From Stylophora pistillata (lineage: Eukaryota), in NCBI RefSeq assembly GCF_002571385.2, contig NW_019218043.1, positions 360,390 through 424,389 of the forward strand: DNA of 64,000 bases, given 5' to 3'. The notes beneath the pieces were generated by a model, which was not told the DNA's origin, made no database searches, and was given only the letters and a program-made list of their open reading frames with translations. This document shows positions 12,691 through 24,996 of this stretch, piece by piece (position 1 is the first letter of the stretch; each line of letters starts with the position of its first letter). Position numbers and translations under genes: made by a program.

Positions 12691-13664
12691 GACCATTTCA
12701 TTTGTTCCGAATGCCGACGTCTGAACTACTTTTGTTTTAGGCTACGAGCCGTCTCTCCTGACTCGCACGAAGGACTTCGCCCAAAAGAAGGCACTGCTTA
12801 GTCTACTTCCCTTTCAATGCCGTGACGAATTTTCAGCGCCAAGATATATCTAAGCAAAGCAATAGTTATTGTCGTTGACCATCGTGGTTTTAATTTTTCA
12901 TTTATGATTATCATTGCATGGGCTATTACCTAGCTGTATTCTTTTGAGCGAAGGTCTCACAACAGTTACAGCGGCATAATAAACAAGCTCATAACGCATT
13001 GTAAGTAAACATGATAAAACTTAGAAAACGTATGTTAATATACGTAATAACTGCTTAATAATAAGATGTTTATGAGTACTGAGTATATCATTCATTGATG
13101 TTGTTGACTCAAGATATGTTTTTGCTCTGCGTATGATTTTTGCTAGTGACCGTTAGTGCTTGCATAAGCCTTCCATTCTATCCGTTGTTCACATAAAAAG
13201 GCATACTTCACTGTGAAGATTGCATAGTTTTTAGATGCGAAATGTACGTTGCAGTCTGAAATGTGTAACTTTTGATATCTATGCGCTATGGCATGATTCC
13301 CAGAGGGATATAATTGCGTTCTTAATGAGAAGAGATTCCACGTCAAAAGCATTAGGTACACGCCTAAATTTTGTGTTAAAATTTCGTATTACACTTTGAC
13401 ATAATTCTTCATTGGGCGTTAAAATAACTTTCAAACTGAAATTTCATTATTCGATGCTTAAAAAGAATTGCGAACTTGTCAATTCTGTTTCTTAGTAGTG
13501 ACGCCACTAACGATTAAAACGTCGAAAGGTAGAATCTTACAAGCAATTAAAAGGAATCTTTCAGAAACGGGTTCTTTTGAAACAGGTTGAATGACAAAGT
13601 TAAATTAACGAAAAATTTTGAAAACATTTGTCGGATGGTTTGAATTCCACTACAACACAAATCC

Positions 13665-16600
13665 TTACAGTTTGCTGGACATAACTTCATTATGAGCATT
13701 TGCGTTGCTCGCTGGTCCACTGAGAGTACTTCCTGCCATCGGTGAATAATAATCCCCAAGGGAAGAGGTCTGTGGGCTTCCTTGCTCACATGAGTCACCA
13801 TTGTTCGCCATAGGCTGGTAATAGTCTGCTGAGGAAGTTCGATCTCTAGTTTCAACAGCTGATCCATCAGATCTTCCCGCCATAGGCAAAGAAGGATTAT
13901 TTCTCATATTCGATGCATCCATTGGAACATAATCCTGTGGCGTCGAGTTATTTAAGGCTTTGCTGTGCATTCCGTTTTCGATCGAGACGTAGTCTTGTGG
14001 CGAAGAATTATTTAAAACATTATTGGAGTCGCCATTTTCCATTGGTATATAACAGTATTTTCCAGGCCCCTTCGTTTGCGCATTAGACGCGGTATTTCCA
14101 GGTGGCACCTGGGTGTCATTTACAAGCTCGAGATATTCAGGAATAGGTCGCTCAGGATTAACATATTCATGGCCACTTTTCATGGATCTAAAATCTAACT
14201 TCTCATACAACCCGCTATCATTGAGGTCCTGTTCACTGTCTATTGGTTCATAACTTGGCATTGCTGTAGTTGTTGGGTCAAGGGCTTGATACAGGGGGAG
14301 CGGAGGGAGAGTAGCACGTCTCCTTGGTTTCTTTCCGCCTGTAACTTCGGTCGCATTGGTCCGAGGTGCGGATGAGTTACTTTGGCATACATCCAGGTAT
14401 CGTGGAGTTTCCTCCGTGGCATCCGATGTCTCTAAAGGATGACAAGAAGAAGTTTGTCAGAAATACCAGATAAAAACCTATTGATCATACTCAGTCAAAT
14501 GTTATACAGCGAATCAAAGATTTCTTAGTCTCCCTAAAATCTAAAGGGCTTGCCACGTATATCTTTGACCAGGAAACTTAATGAACTTAAACTGTTTTAA
14601 AAATTAGCATGAGTTAGTCCCAATGAGCAAATCATCTGTTAGCCAACTTAATTTAAAGCATCACAGCCCTATAACAGAAGACTAAAACTTCAAAACACAG
14701 CCATTTCATTTGAAGAACAACCCACCTCCATGTTCTCTGGCTTTTCTTCGTTTATAAAAAACTATGATGATAATAACTGCCACAATGAAAAGCACTCCCA
14801 GGACAGCAGTTATAATGATCCACAATGCATTATCTGAGAAGAATCCACTTCTTGAACTTGGGGCAAGGCTGGTTGGCGAGTCTGATGAAATTCAAGGAAA
14901 AATAAATACATTTTTTCGTATGTCCCTGATGAAATTCATGGAAAATAAATACATTTTTTCGTATGTCTTGTGTTTCCCCTACTCTTCTTTCATGCTCTTG
15001 CTGCTTCTAAATTATCGAAATGTTTTTCATTGTTTTTGTATATGTATGCTCTTCAAGTCATTTTTGCTGTGCAGTCAAACTTGTTATTAATGAATACATT
15101 TTGATGTTTATTTCCCTCCCGCCCCGATTAGCTTCGCTATTTTGCAGGTAGGGTTCGTTGGATATGTATTTTAATTGCTAAAAAATGAATAAATTTTGTT
15201 GTTGTTGCTGCTTCCAACGTGCTTCATAACAGAAAAAAAATCGGCACTCGAAATTTCTTTATCTGTTAAATAGTGCGTCCACATGAACGAGTGTCCCAAG
15301 GCTGCAACAGGAATGCAGATTGGAGAAGACTGTTGAACTTACCCTCAACATCAACCCAAACAGAGGACACAATCATTCCTTGATCATTTTCTGCAACACA
15401 CTGAAACACGGCATCGTGCCAGCTGTCCACATGAATCAGATGTAATTTGTTCTTCTCTATTTTCACCCGAGAGCTGCTAAAAGATTAGAAAAAAACTGGT
15501 TTAAACAAATCAAACGCAGTCAATCATTAAAGGATAATTTTTCACGGCATTTCCCTTACCCTGAAGCGTCGATTTCTTTTCCATTTCTGAGCCACTGGTA
15601 GCTTGGACTTGGAAAACCGTCTGCGATCAACATCAAGGATAAGTTTTTCGATCTCTGTACTTCGATTTTCCGATCAGATCTTACTTTCCATTCGGGTGAG
15701 GCTGCAGTTGGGATTAAAAAAATAAACAAAGTAATGAAAGAAAATACTTAGCTTGAGTAGTTTATGCTTAACAATTAAAAAAAACTAAAACAGTTGTTAC
15801 CTCTACCTATAATTAACGGGAAGAAGAAGTGGACCTACTTAAAAGAGTTTGCGCATTAAAAGCCAATTCTAACGTGCTCACGGCGTTCAATTCTTTAAAT
15901 GGAGCGAAATAGCAAACGGCGCGATAGCCGTAGCGGCAGAGCCAGGTTTGAGATGAGTTGTGTCACCACGTAACCCGACCCAAAACAGTACTGATATGCG
16001 TTAGCCCGACCACGTTTGCCGTAGTTGTTATTCTTGTGTAGTTAGACGTTCACAAGGTGGAGAAGTTTTGATTTTATTATCCATCAAATTCTTTGAGACG
16101 TACCTGTTCTATTTAAACGTGGGATTATGCTCGTTTTCTGATAATTACTTACCCCACCCTCCTAATGATTCATATTAAAAAGTTGAAAACGGAACAAAAA
16201 TTTCCCTCATATGATTAGACCTTAATAGTAACAGACGACTTCTAAACAAACCTTTCACTGTGAGGTAGGTAGAGGCTGACACACGTTTCTTCCCAGACGC
16301 TGAAACTGCCGTACAAGTATAATTTCCCTGATGTTTATTGGTAACTTTGTCGATGAACAAAAGCCTGTTGAAATGTTGTCTTGGAAGAGAATACTCATAT
16401 TTGATATCGTCGATCATTTTGCCATCTTTCCACCATATGATCTTGGGTGACGGTCTTGAGAGAGAAGAAAAGCAAGAGGTAACGCTGCTCGGAAATGCAC
16501 CGGTGAGCGCCGTGCAATCTTTCTGCGTGTCAGCTGATTCTAAAGCAACGCTCATTGGTCACTTTGTTCCGCAAATCATCGACGCCCGATAGAGTAAACT

Positions 16601-19600
16601 CAGCTCTCCGGTTTTCGTAATGTGATTTGATTTGCTATAATAATATAAATCTTGATACTCCGTTTTCTTCACCTTATGTACCCGTTACGCGCTCGCCTCC
16701 AGAGCTCACGTGCGAATTCAAGTCGATAATTTCATTCTGATGACGCATCAATTCTGCGTACAATTTTTGCGCACAATTTAACAAGAACGGTCGAATACAA
16801 AACATAAACAAATCATGTCGATAATTTCATTCTGATGACGCAGAAATTCTGCGCACACTTTTTGCGCACAATTTAACAAGAAGAGCAAACATAAACAATT
16901 TATGTGGACTAATGTTAGTATAAGTGCTAGTAAAAGCGTCAAGATAACCCGAAATAGTGAAACCATAGTCCAAACATAGTTGAAGAAGCGCTGTGGAGGG
17001 GCACAGCGTCCGAATGCTTTTTCATTGTTACAAATTTATGATATCTACAACAATCCGATGTTAACTTATTTGAGGAACACCTTTTGGTTTTTCCTAATTG
17101 TCTCAAGTTATACATGCANAANNNNNTNNANNNNANNANTNNNNAANNGNNNNNNNNNNTNGGNNNCCNNNNNGNNAANNNNNNAANCNNNTNANNNNAA
17201 ANTNNANTTNNTNNTTNNTTTNNNNTNNCNNNNNNNNNNTTTTTNCNNNNTTTNNANNAANNNNNNNNTNNNTNNNNNTTNNANNNCNNTNNNNNNAANN
17301 NNNTTNCTTTTTTCTAGGGAGTGTGGAATAGATATCTATGCAGATGACAAAGGTAATGACTGGTGAAATACATTAATTATTTCTTCTGTAAAAAAACCAT
17401 CTGGTAACGTGTTCTTACTTTGCTACGGCCAAACAATGAAGTTTCTTCGGATATCCTTCTCTAGCTTCTTCAAGGTGTTTCGGTGCAAAATAAATAACTG
17501 GTGATACCTTTTCGGTTGATTCTGAGAACAAAAGACATAAGGAAAATTCGTTACATGTTAATTATGCTGAGAATTTCAAGAAAGAAAGGTGGCAATAAGC
17601 TTGTTTAATCGTTTTGGGCGTGGCTCTGGGTTATTGGCCTCTTTCAAAGATTTTTCAAAGATTTTTCAAAGATTTTTCAAAGAAAAACCGGGGTGGACAG
17701 CTAACCTGATTATTCTCAGGGAAAGAGAACATCAATGGAAATTAAAATATCAGAAAGAAAGTGTCAGGTCCATGGAATGGACGCAGTGGCCAGGATTTTA
17801 CAGCAACTCTATAAATTCTCGACCACCACCTCGAACAAGAATAAACGTATCCCGCGAGGAAATACACGAATGTGTTAGACGAATACTTCTCAAAGGAAGA
17901 AAGGGACAGGATCGTTCGATTTGCAAGAAAAACCCTTAAGCTCGGGTGTAACCCGCTGGGAGTTCGTGTAGCTAGGCTAGGAAAGTGTCTTAAGTCAATT
18001 TAAACTTCCCTTATGTAAATAAGATGTGATGTTATCACTATTGAAGTGGTCTGACAAACTTTTGGTACATTTACCAGTAGGAAGCTGATGTAGAGACCAT
18101 CCCTCCCCGGAAGGAAAATTTGCTCGATTCTTCCACTTAAATTGAAAATCGAATTTGATTCTTTGATCCCAAAGAGTGACTGTTTAGTTTCTAATTTTTT
18201 CCTGACAGTACCACCACCGAATCAAACAGTATTATAACATAAACATAGTAAAGTGCGCGCTCTGATTGTTCAACTTAGTATCCACCATTTGCCTATGGGT
18301 ATACACTGCTGACGTGAGCAATTACAAAGACTAATTTTCCGAGCGCGCTTATTTTTTGTGGTCACGTAAGATTTGTTATGTAAAAGAAAACTTTTCTGCT
18401 ACAATGCATCAATGTTATGTTATAAAACAAATGGTAAACGCCACAGTGCACACCGTTGAGTTGTGGATGTACTTGGGAGGTTTGCTAAGCACTCAAGAAG
18501 CTAGAGTCGCTCTCGGCTATCGCCTCGCGCGACTCTTGCGCTTCTTTCGTGCCTAGCAGCCTCTCACCTGTATTCATAACTCAAAAGTGAACGCTGTCGT
18601 GTTTACCATTTGTTGAAGATCAAGAAAGATGATCACCAGTTCCAAATGCTCTTGTCTGGTTAACAAATGCTCCTCGTCGGTACCTTAGGGAATGTGTAGA
18701 GAACAGTATGGCTAAGAGAGTAAAACAAAAAAAGTTCATACCATTTCCAGTAAGATGAAATTTGACCGCATGTGAGTATCTTGCCGCCTCACTTATCGAC
18801 ATCTCGCAAGCTATTCCTTTCCTGTCATTCACTTTTTTTACGTCTTCTTTCTTCACAAACATGATCACAAGTGTTCCGTCCATTGTAACCGCTGTACGGT
18901 TGTCCTCGGGAAGAGGATAGAATGCATAAGGATCTGAAGAATCATAAAAGCCCCAGCGATACCTCACACCAAAACTAGGGTCGTGGTCCGGACAAGGAAT
19001 TTCAATAGGTTTTCCAAGCGTGACTGGGGCGTTTTTGTCGTTGTCGTAGTGAAATTGACCGGCGACTGATCATGAAAGAATAAACACACATTGACAAAAT
19101 TTAATCAATAGTAACTACAATGCTATCATCGTGGCCATTGATTGCTGTAGACTACAAACATTTCTTGGTTTTTTCTCCTATTCTTACCTTGCGCGGGTAG
19201 TTAAGAGAATTAGGGATGCTTTCAATTGATCGCTTACTCCCCTTCATGACTACCCTTAGTTCGAATTTAATCATTAAACCATTGTCGCCTATTATCTCAG
19301 TACCTTAAGTTAACCGGGTGAGAGAGATAACAAAAACAGAGAAACTCTGACTTAGGTTCATACCGATGGACGTTGCTTAAAATCAAGATTACTTGTTCGG
19401 AAAAGCTGATACAAGGCTGTCACCAAGGATGTAAGCTTTATTCAGAATATTGCGACCAAAATCAATGACTCACTGACTTAACTCCGTAACTTTGAGACAT
19501 TCTGGCAACGATTCAAAGACAAGTGTACAAGTCTCCACCCAAACAAGCGGCCTAAATGCGAGATATTCGGGGTATATCACAATGATATACTTACTACAGT

Positions 19601-21201
19601 CCATATCAGGGAAAACGATACAACACTGCAGAGGCCCACAACTGGGAACGCAGCCCCAATGTGATATTTCCCTTGGAAAAAGACAGTTCAACACCAGTAT
19701 AACTGGCATGCAGCCTCAGTGTACAATTTCCAGGATATTCCATTACCGTGATACACTGCATATAGACGTGCTAAGATTGCCAGGAAAAAGTTAATGATGC
19801 CCCAGGAAAAGTCAAGACCGAGAAACTCCTATCAAATAGAAAAGTCGGTATTTGAATATGTACAGCGCTACAAGGCGGATCTTAGAATAACAAGACTCCT
19901 TATTACTTCACATACCTGTAACACGGACTTTCAACTTTCTGCTGAAATCCTCACCGAAGCTGTTTTTCACGAAGCACTGGTAAATTCCGCTGTGAGTATC
20001 ATCAAGTTATCTTCCCTTGAGAGTCCCGTCCTTCATGATGTTAAAGTGAAAGTCATTCTCAATGTCCTGTCCGTTCAGTTTCCATTTGTGCTGCAAAGGT
20101 GAAGAACCAACTGCTTTGCAAGGAAGACGAAATCCAAAATCTGATAGGACATCTTCAGGTTTAATCAAATCCGCTGATGGAAAATCAGTTACGACTGGTG
20201 GCGCTCCTAGAACAGGTTGAACGGGAACAGTTTGCTAGGCCCTCTAAATTGTTTCACCGATGCTGCACTGAAATGGTTACAGCCAAAGTAGTTGGCAGTC
20301 GTTGAAGACTTTGATTGGTGCGTCATCCCGTGAGTAGGGATGGCACACTGCTGAGAACTTTCCCCTCCCAGAGCGCTGGCCTAGTTTGATTCACAGACTA
20401 CACGTCACATGTGGTTTAATTAAAGTCCTTGCTCCGAGAATATTTCTTCGATTTCTAACTCCTCAGAAAACATTAAGAAAACGAACAAAATTTCAACTAA
20501 GCCTTGCTACGCATACGCCTCCTAAATTCAGTAACATAGCCTTTACCATGACTTTTGTTCTATCATTTACAAGACACAGCCACACCGTGTTTCGTCTGCC
20601 TCAACACGGCCACATAAAAAGAGGATGCAAGTTTCAAAAGAAACTGTGGTGCTGCCTCGTTGGAGGATATTACAAGACAATTTCGTGTTATGAACTGAGT
20701 TAATAATGTAAATTGGCCACCGTCGGTAAAGAATTTATAAAGCTGAGGTTACAATCCTTAGCCCTTGGTCAAAGCGACCGTATGATGTTACTTTGAGGCA
20801 TTTAATTTCCTTTCAAAAGTCATATATTTTTCACCTGTTCAGTCAATCCTATATCTTTTTCTTAATCGACCGGTACCGTTTTTCAAAACTTGGACAAATC
20901 GACAAGATAGGGAAATGCAATGGAGACAACTCAACTTGATGTAAACCAATCAGATGCGAGTATTGGCGGCAGCTTACCATTTCTCAACACTTACTCTTAT
21001 TGATCAGATAGGACATTAGAATTTGAGATATTTCTTCTTAGTATAAACCAGTCAGATGCGGGTATTAGCGGCATGCGACAGTGCCATTAAAATCATATCA
21101 CATGTAGATAAAACTGGGCTATAAATTTAAATTTTTTTACCTGACAAAGCCCTCGAAATCCTCAGAACCAAAATAAGCCATGCGAACCATGGACGAAGCA
21201 T
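13665..21201 (-). CDS. Type I membrane receptor: signal peptide, 4 Ig domains (neuroglian/L1/contactin-like), TM, Tyr-motif-rich tail; one in-frame TAA in exon 2
   Basis: Exons 21201-21141, 20206-19916, 19065-18742, 17521-17419, 16454-16252, 15701-15560, 15476-15343, 14881-14726 and 14431-13665 are all GT-AG, phase-consistent, and total 2181 nt. Ig motifs: LPCKAVG..KWKLNG..HSGIYQC; IPCP..YRW; LHCLA..IIWWKDG..HQGNYTC; YQWLRNG..DAVFQC. TM: LWIIITAVLGVLFIVAVIIIIVFY-KRRK. Confidence 0.88.
16722..16881. repeat. Short direct repeat (2 copies, period ~95 bp) in a receptor intron
   Basis: gtcgataatttcattctgatgacgca...tttttgcgcacaatttaacaagaa occurs twice. Confidence 0.75.
18230..18611. mobile_element. 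Non-autonomous element ending in a ~185 bp imperfect palindrome (Crypton-like, tentative)
   Basis: aaatggtaaacg...gagtcgc (centre) gcgactc...cgtgtttaccattt forms a foldback at 18428-18611. Confidence 0.55.
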
Positions 21202-24200
21202 CGTTAAAATCTACGTTTCGTTAATATCTGAAATGACAAAAAATTATAAAATGGTCAATAAAACAAAAACAAAAATGACGATCATACTTCTAGTGGAAAG
21301 TTTAAACCTGCAATGAAAGGCAAATCAAACGGCGAAAAAGGTTCGCGAGCTTTATATTTGAAACTGTAACAAAGTAATCGGAAATGTTTTCGCATTTGTA
21401 TGGCGAGAAGTTTCAAAATTTCTAATCTTACTTTTTTTTCCGATCCCTCTTCTCTGGCGAGGAACATATACGATAATCATAAAATTCTCTTTAATCAAAT
21501 ATGTGATCAATTCAAGATAAAATTATCTGTTTTATTTTTGGTTAAGAATCTACGTCGACCAGATGTCCTGGAGTGATACACACGTGAGAGTCATTCACAT
21601 TGTAAAGTCAATAACCCTTCGCGCGACCTCATCTTATTCGAAAAGCACACATGGACACGAGTATGAAATAACTTTTAAATCGCTCCGGAACTTGTACTCT
21701 GGCCTCAAAAATAGTTTCAGATCAGTGCATGCCATGAAATGTACTCTGGTAAGTCAAAGGAAAGTAAATCAGTTAATAAACAAAAAAATTAATGGGAGAT
21801 TGGTCTAATTTTAGACCGAAAGAGACAACTATAACTCGCGAGGAAATATCTCTTATACCATATGGTTGGCGTTACAAACTACAGATAAGTTCGAATATTT
21901 CTTTCTTTGTTTGTCAAGTTCCTTTGTATAACATAACTCTTGTAAGACCGATTCATTAAAAACAGCGTATAATTTGAAACCAAAATCTATAAATCAGTAA
22001 CGATTGAGCTCAATATACGAGTACTTGTTTATATAAATGATGATCTTTCGCCTGGTTTAGACAGAGCTCTTCAGCGACGAAATTGTCATTACCTAACTAA
22101 TCAAGAGAATTATTCTGCCTAACAAAATGATAAAGAGTTTTAAAACAGACCGCTTCGACTTACCTGTCACATCTATTATACATTCAAAATATCTACCTTT
22201 ATCTACGAGCAATCGCCGACAGAGTTTACGCTGCTTACAATGATGTAAACAATATTCTACAGCTGCTTAGCTTCGTGCCATGAATACATATGTCGTCAAT
22301 AGCCTGCGGCCACATTCAGCAAAGAAAAGCGAAATAAACCTTACTGCTTGAGGAACGTGCAAGTCACCTTGTTCAGTGAAAACAATCCAACACGCATTTT
22401 TCTTTAGTTTTTAATTTGTTTTCTCGTTAAAAATTAATTACTTTGGACGCTGCAATTTGATGCATCAGTAATGATTGATCACGATTTGTATACATCGTTC
22501 AGGAAAATAACTAATTTACGAACGATACAGCCGGCAAAACTGGCTAAATAATTTTACGAAGTTATTGCTAGCAACAACACCAAAAGATTATTTGACTTTT
22601 AAGCGGCGAGTATTTGTAAAGCAATTGTTGGCAGGACAACAAAACTTTAAGTTTTAAATGAGACAATTACTCTAAGAGTTTCACTGCGAGATTTTACAAG
22701 TATCACTCTTTTCTGTGTCCATAATTAGCCCGGAAATACACTATAAGAATTCAAATTTACGTGCCCTTCAGCTATTTGCTTCCAAAAATGCTGGTTTTCG
22801 CCAGATAGATCTAAAAAGCTAGTCTCCAAACAAACTTACGCAGCAATTAATACGAATGGTGCTTGATCGAAATTTCTAGGTTCCTGCAAATTCTAAAACT
22901 TAATTTTATAGACTTTTCTTACCTCTTGAAATTTTCCTCGACGCGCTTGATCCCTATTAATCAAGCGGTGAACTCTGACCTAAAGTTTTTCGCTGGGGTG
23001 AACTGATCAACTTCTGTACTCGTTTCAAACGCAACTCATTATGGAAACATGACAAGAGAAAGGTTTACAACTACTTGGTATGCGGTAAGGATGACAGATG
23101 ACAAAAGTATATATTACCATGATAAAGCTTGCCGTTGTGATGTCCAAAATTTACTGTGTGCAGTGTACATGTAATTACCAGATGCTCAGTGCTTTTGGAA
23201 ACACACTGAAAGACTTCCTTAAGAGACGTAAATTAAAAGGTTACTTGTTCGCCATAATGAAAAGATTTTTTAATTCAGATTCAAACAAAAAACCTCATTT
23301 TACACTGATCAATTTTATTTGGTGTTCAGAATTGAAGGCAAATTCTTATTTACCTCGGCAATGACGTCAGACTAACAACAAAACGTGGGTTGCCTTGGAA
23401 TGATTCAGTCGGATTAACTAAGAAAGGGTAGAAACGGAGAAAATAATGATAAGCAACTTCAGAAGGATCTATTGTTGGGTATGTTTAAGGGAACGCTCTA
23501 TTACAAGGGCACCCGAGGCTTACTTTTCAGAGTCCGATTTAAGTGGAATCCTCTTAACAGGTTTTACTGTAAATTTTGCTGAAAGAAGGAAAACATTCCC
23601 GTTCGAAAGTTTCCCCCCGGCTTCATAGAACATGTTAGAGGGTGTGGACCCGGTCCACCAGGTAAATAGTTCAGCGTCCTAACTGCTCAGCCAAACTGTC
23701 TGCTTACCAAAATTAAAATGGTTCAATCATATAATCCAGACAAAAATTCCGAAACCGTTTATTCGAAGTTTGACAAAACCCCTAAGTTATTTGATGAGCC
23801 TTTGACTAATTACCAGGATAAAAACCTTTCCAAAGCTAAATCTACCATAGCTAGTATAACTATTTATAGAAACATTGCTCACACGTTGAAAGTAATTAAA
23901 GCTTAAAAACCTACATCGGCATAACTTCAGCAATCTCTCTCCACTTACTGCACTTTATCTTAAGTACAAAATACTTCCTAATCGATAAAAAGTACATTCC
24001 TTAAAATGTTTTTTTCCATGTTAAACACACGTGTTAGTTTTCTGCCGATACTTTTTTAAGAGAACGGAACCATTCCCTTCGAAGTGGTCTTATATCACTT
24101 CACTACTTTTATCTATGACTCCTTCTTTGGATTGATGAAAAACAAACCATTGTTAATATATATACAGGTCTACATATGTGCTACTTGAGCTAAGTCCTTC

Positions 24201-24996
24201 CTTTCCTGGTACAAGTTATTAGTATAGCTACAATAGTTGGTTCAGCGCAACTTCTCTTTTGGGAGATTCTCAAAAAAGATAATTTAATCGGAATCGGACG
24301 ATCCTGCTGAACCCAGAAAAACGTCGGCCCTATCACGTGACTCTAATGCGAGTCTTTTGTTAGGAAAAAAGGCTTCTTTTCTTAACTTAACATGAGGATA
24401 TATCATCCCCTCCTGAAACTGCCTTGGAAATGCGCGTGAGCACCTATAAAACTGAGACACTTATTTGGATGAACTAATTAACTGTTCTTCATCAATAAAC
24501 ACCCGCCTTGGATATATGTTTCAAAAATTTGATCAGGGAAAACTCTTGCTAATAATTTTACATTTAAGCTTCGAGTCTTCAAGCATCAGTTGCTACACAA
24601 CTGGTGCTATTGATAAGAACAGTGTTTTAAATAACGAAGGCAACCTCTCTACATTAATCCTATAGAGGTGTCAGTTTGGTCTTAAACTAAAGCATTGATC
24701 ACCTCAACACCTCACTACAAAAAAGCGTCATAATATAATTAACTGTAATTTATTTCGGTGAAACCGAACCATAATGGACGACTTCGTCAAAAATGATATT
24801 TACCGTTAATTCAACATGTACATGCAACACATTATCAAACAGAAGCAGCATATATCTGAGTTAACTAATTACCTATGAAAGCATTTGTCTAAATTAAGCA
24901 GTATATGATGCATTGTGATATAAATGGTTTAACTCTTTACGAATGATTGAACCATGCGCATGTATATCACCTCTTCCAGATCCAGATCTAGGAATG

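Noticed and set aside
13665-14431. Canonical ITIMs in the receptor tail
   Set aside because: The YxxL/V motifs lack I/V/L/S at position -2 (P or G instead).
17118-17305. Patterned interspersed Ns
   Set aside because: Ambiguous assembly consensus, not biology.
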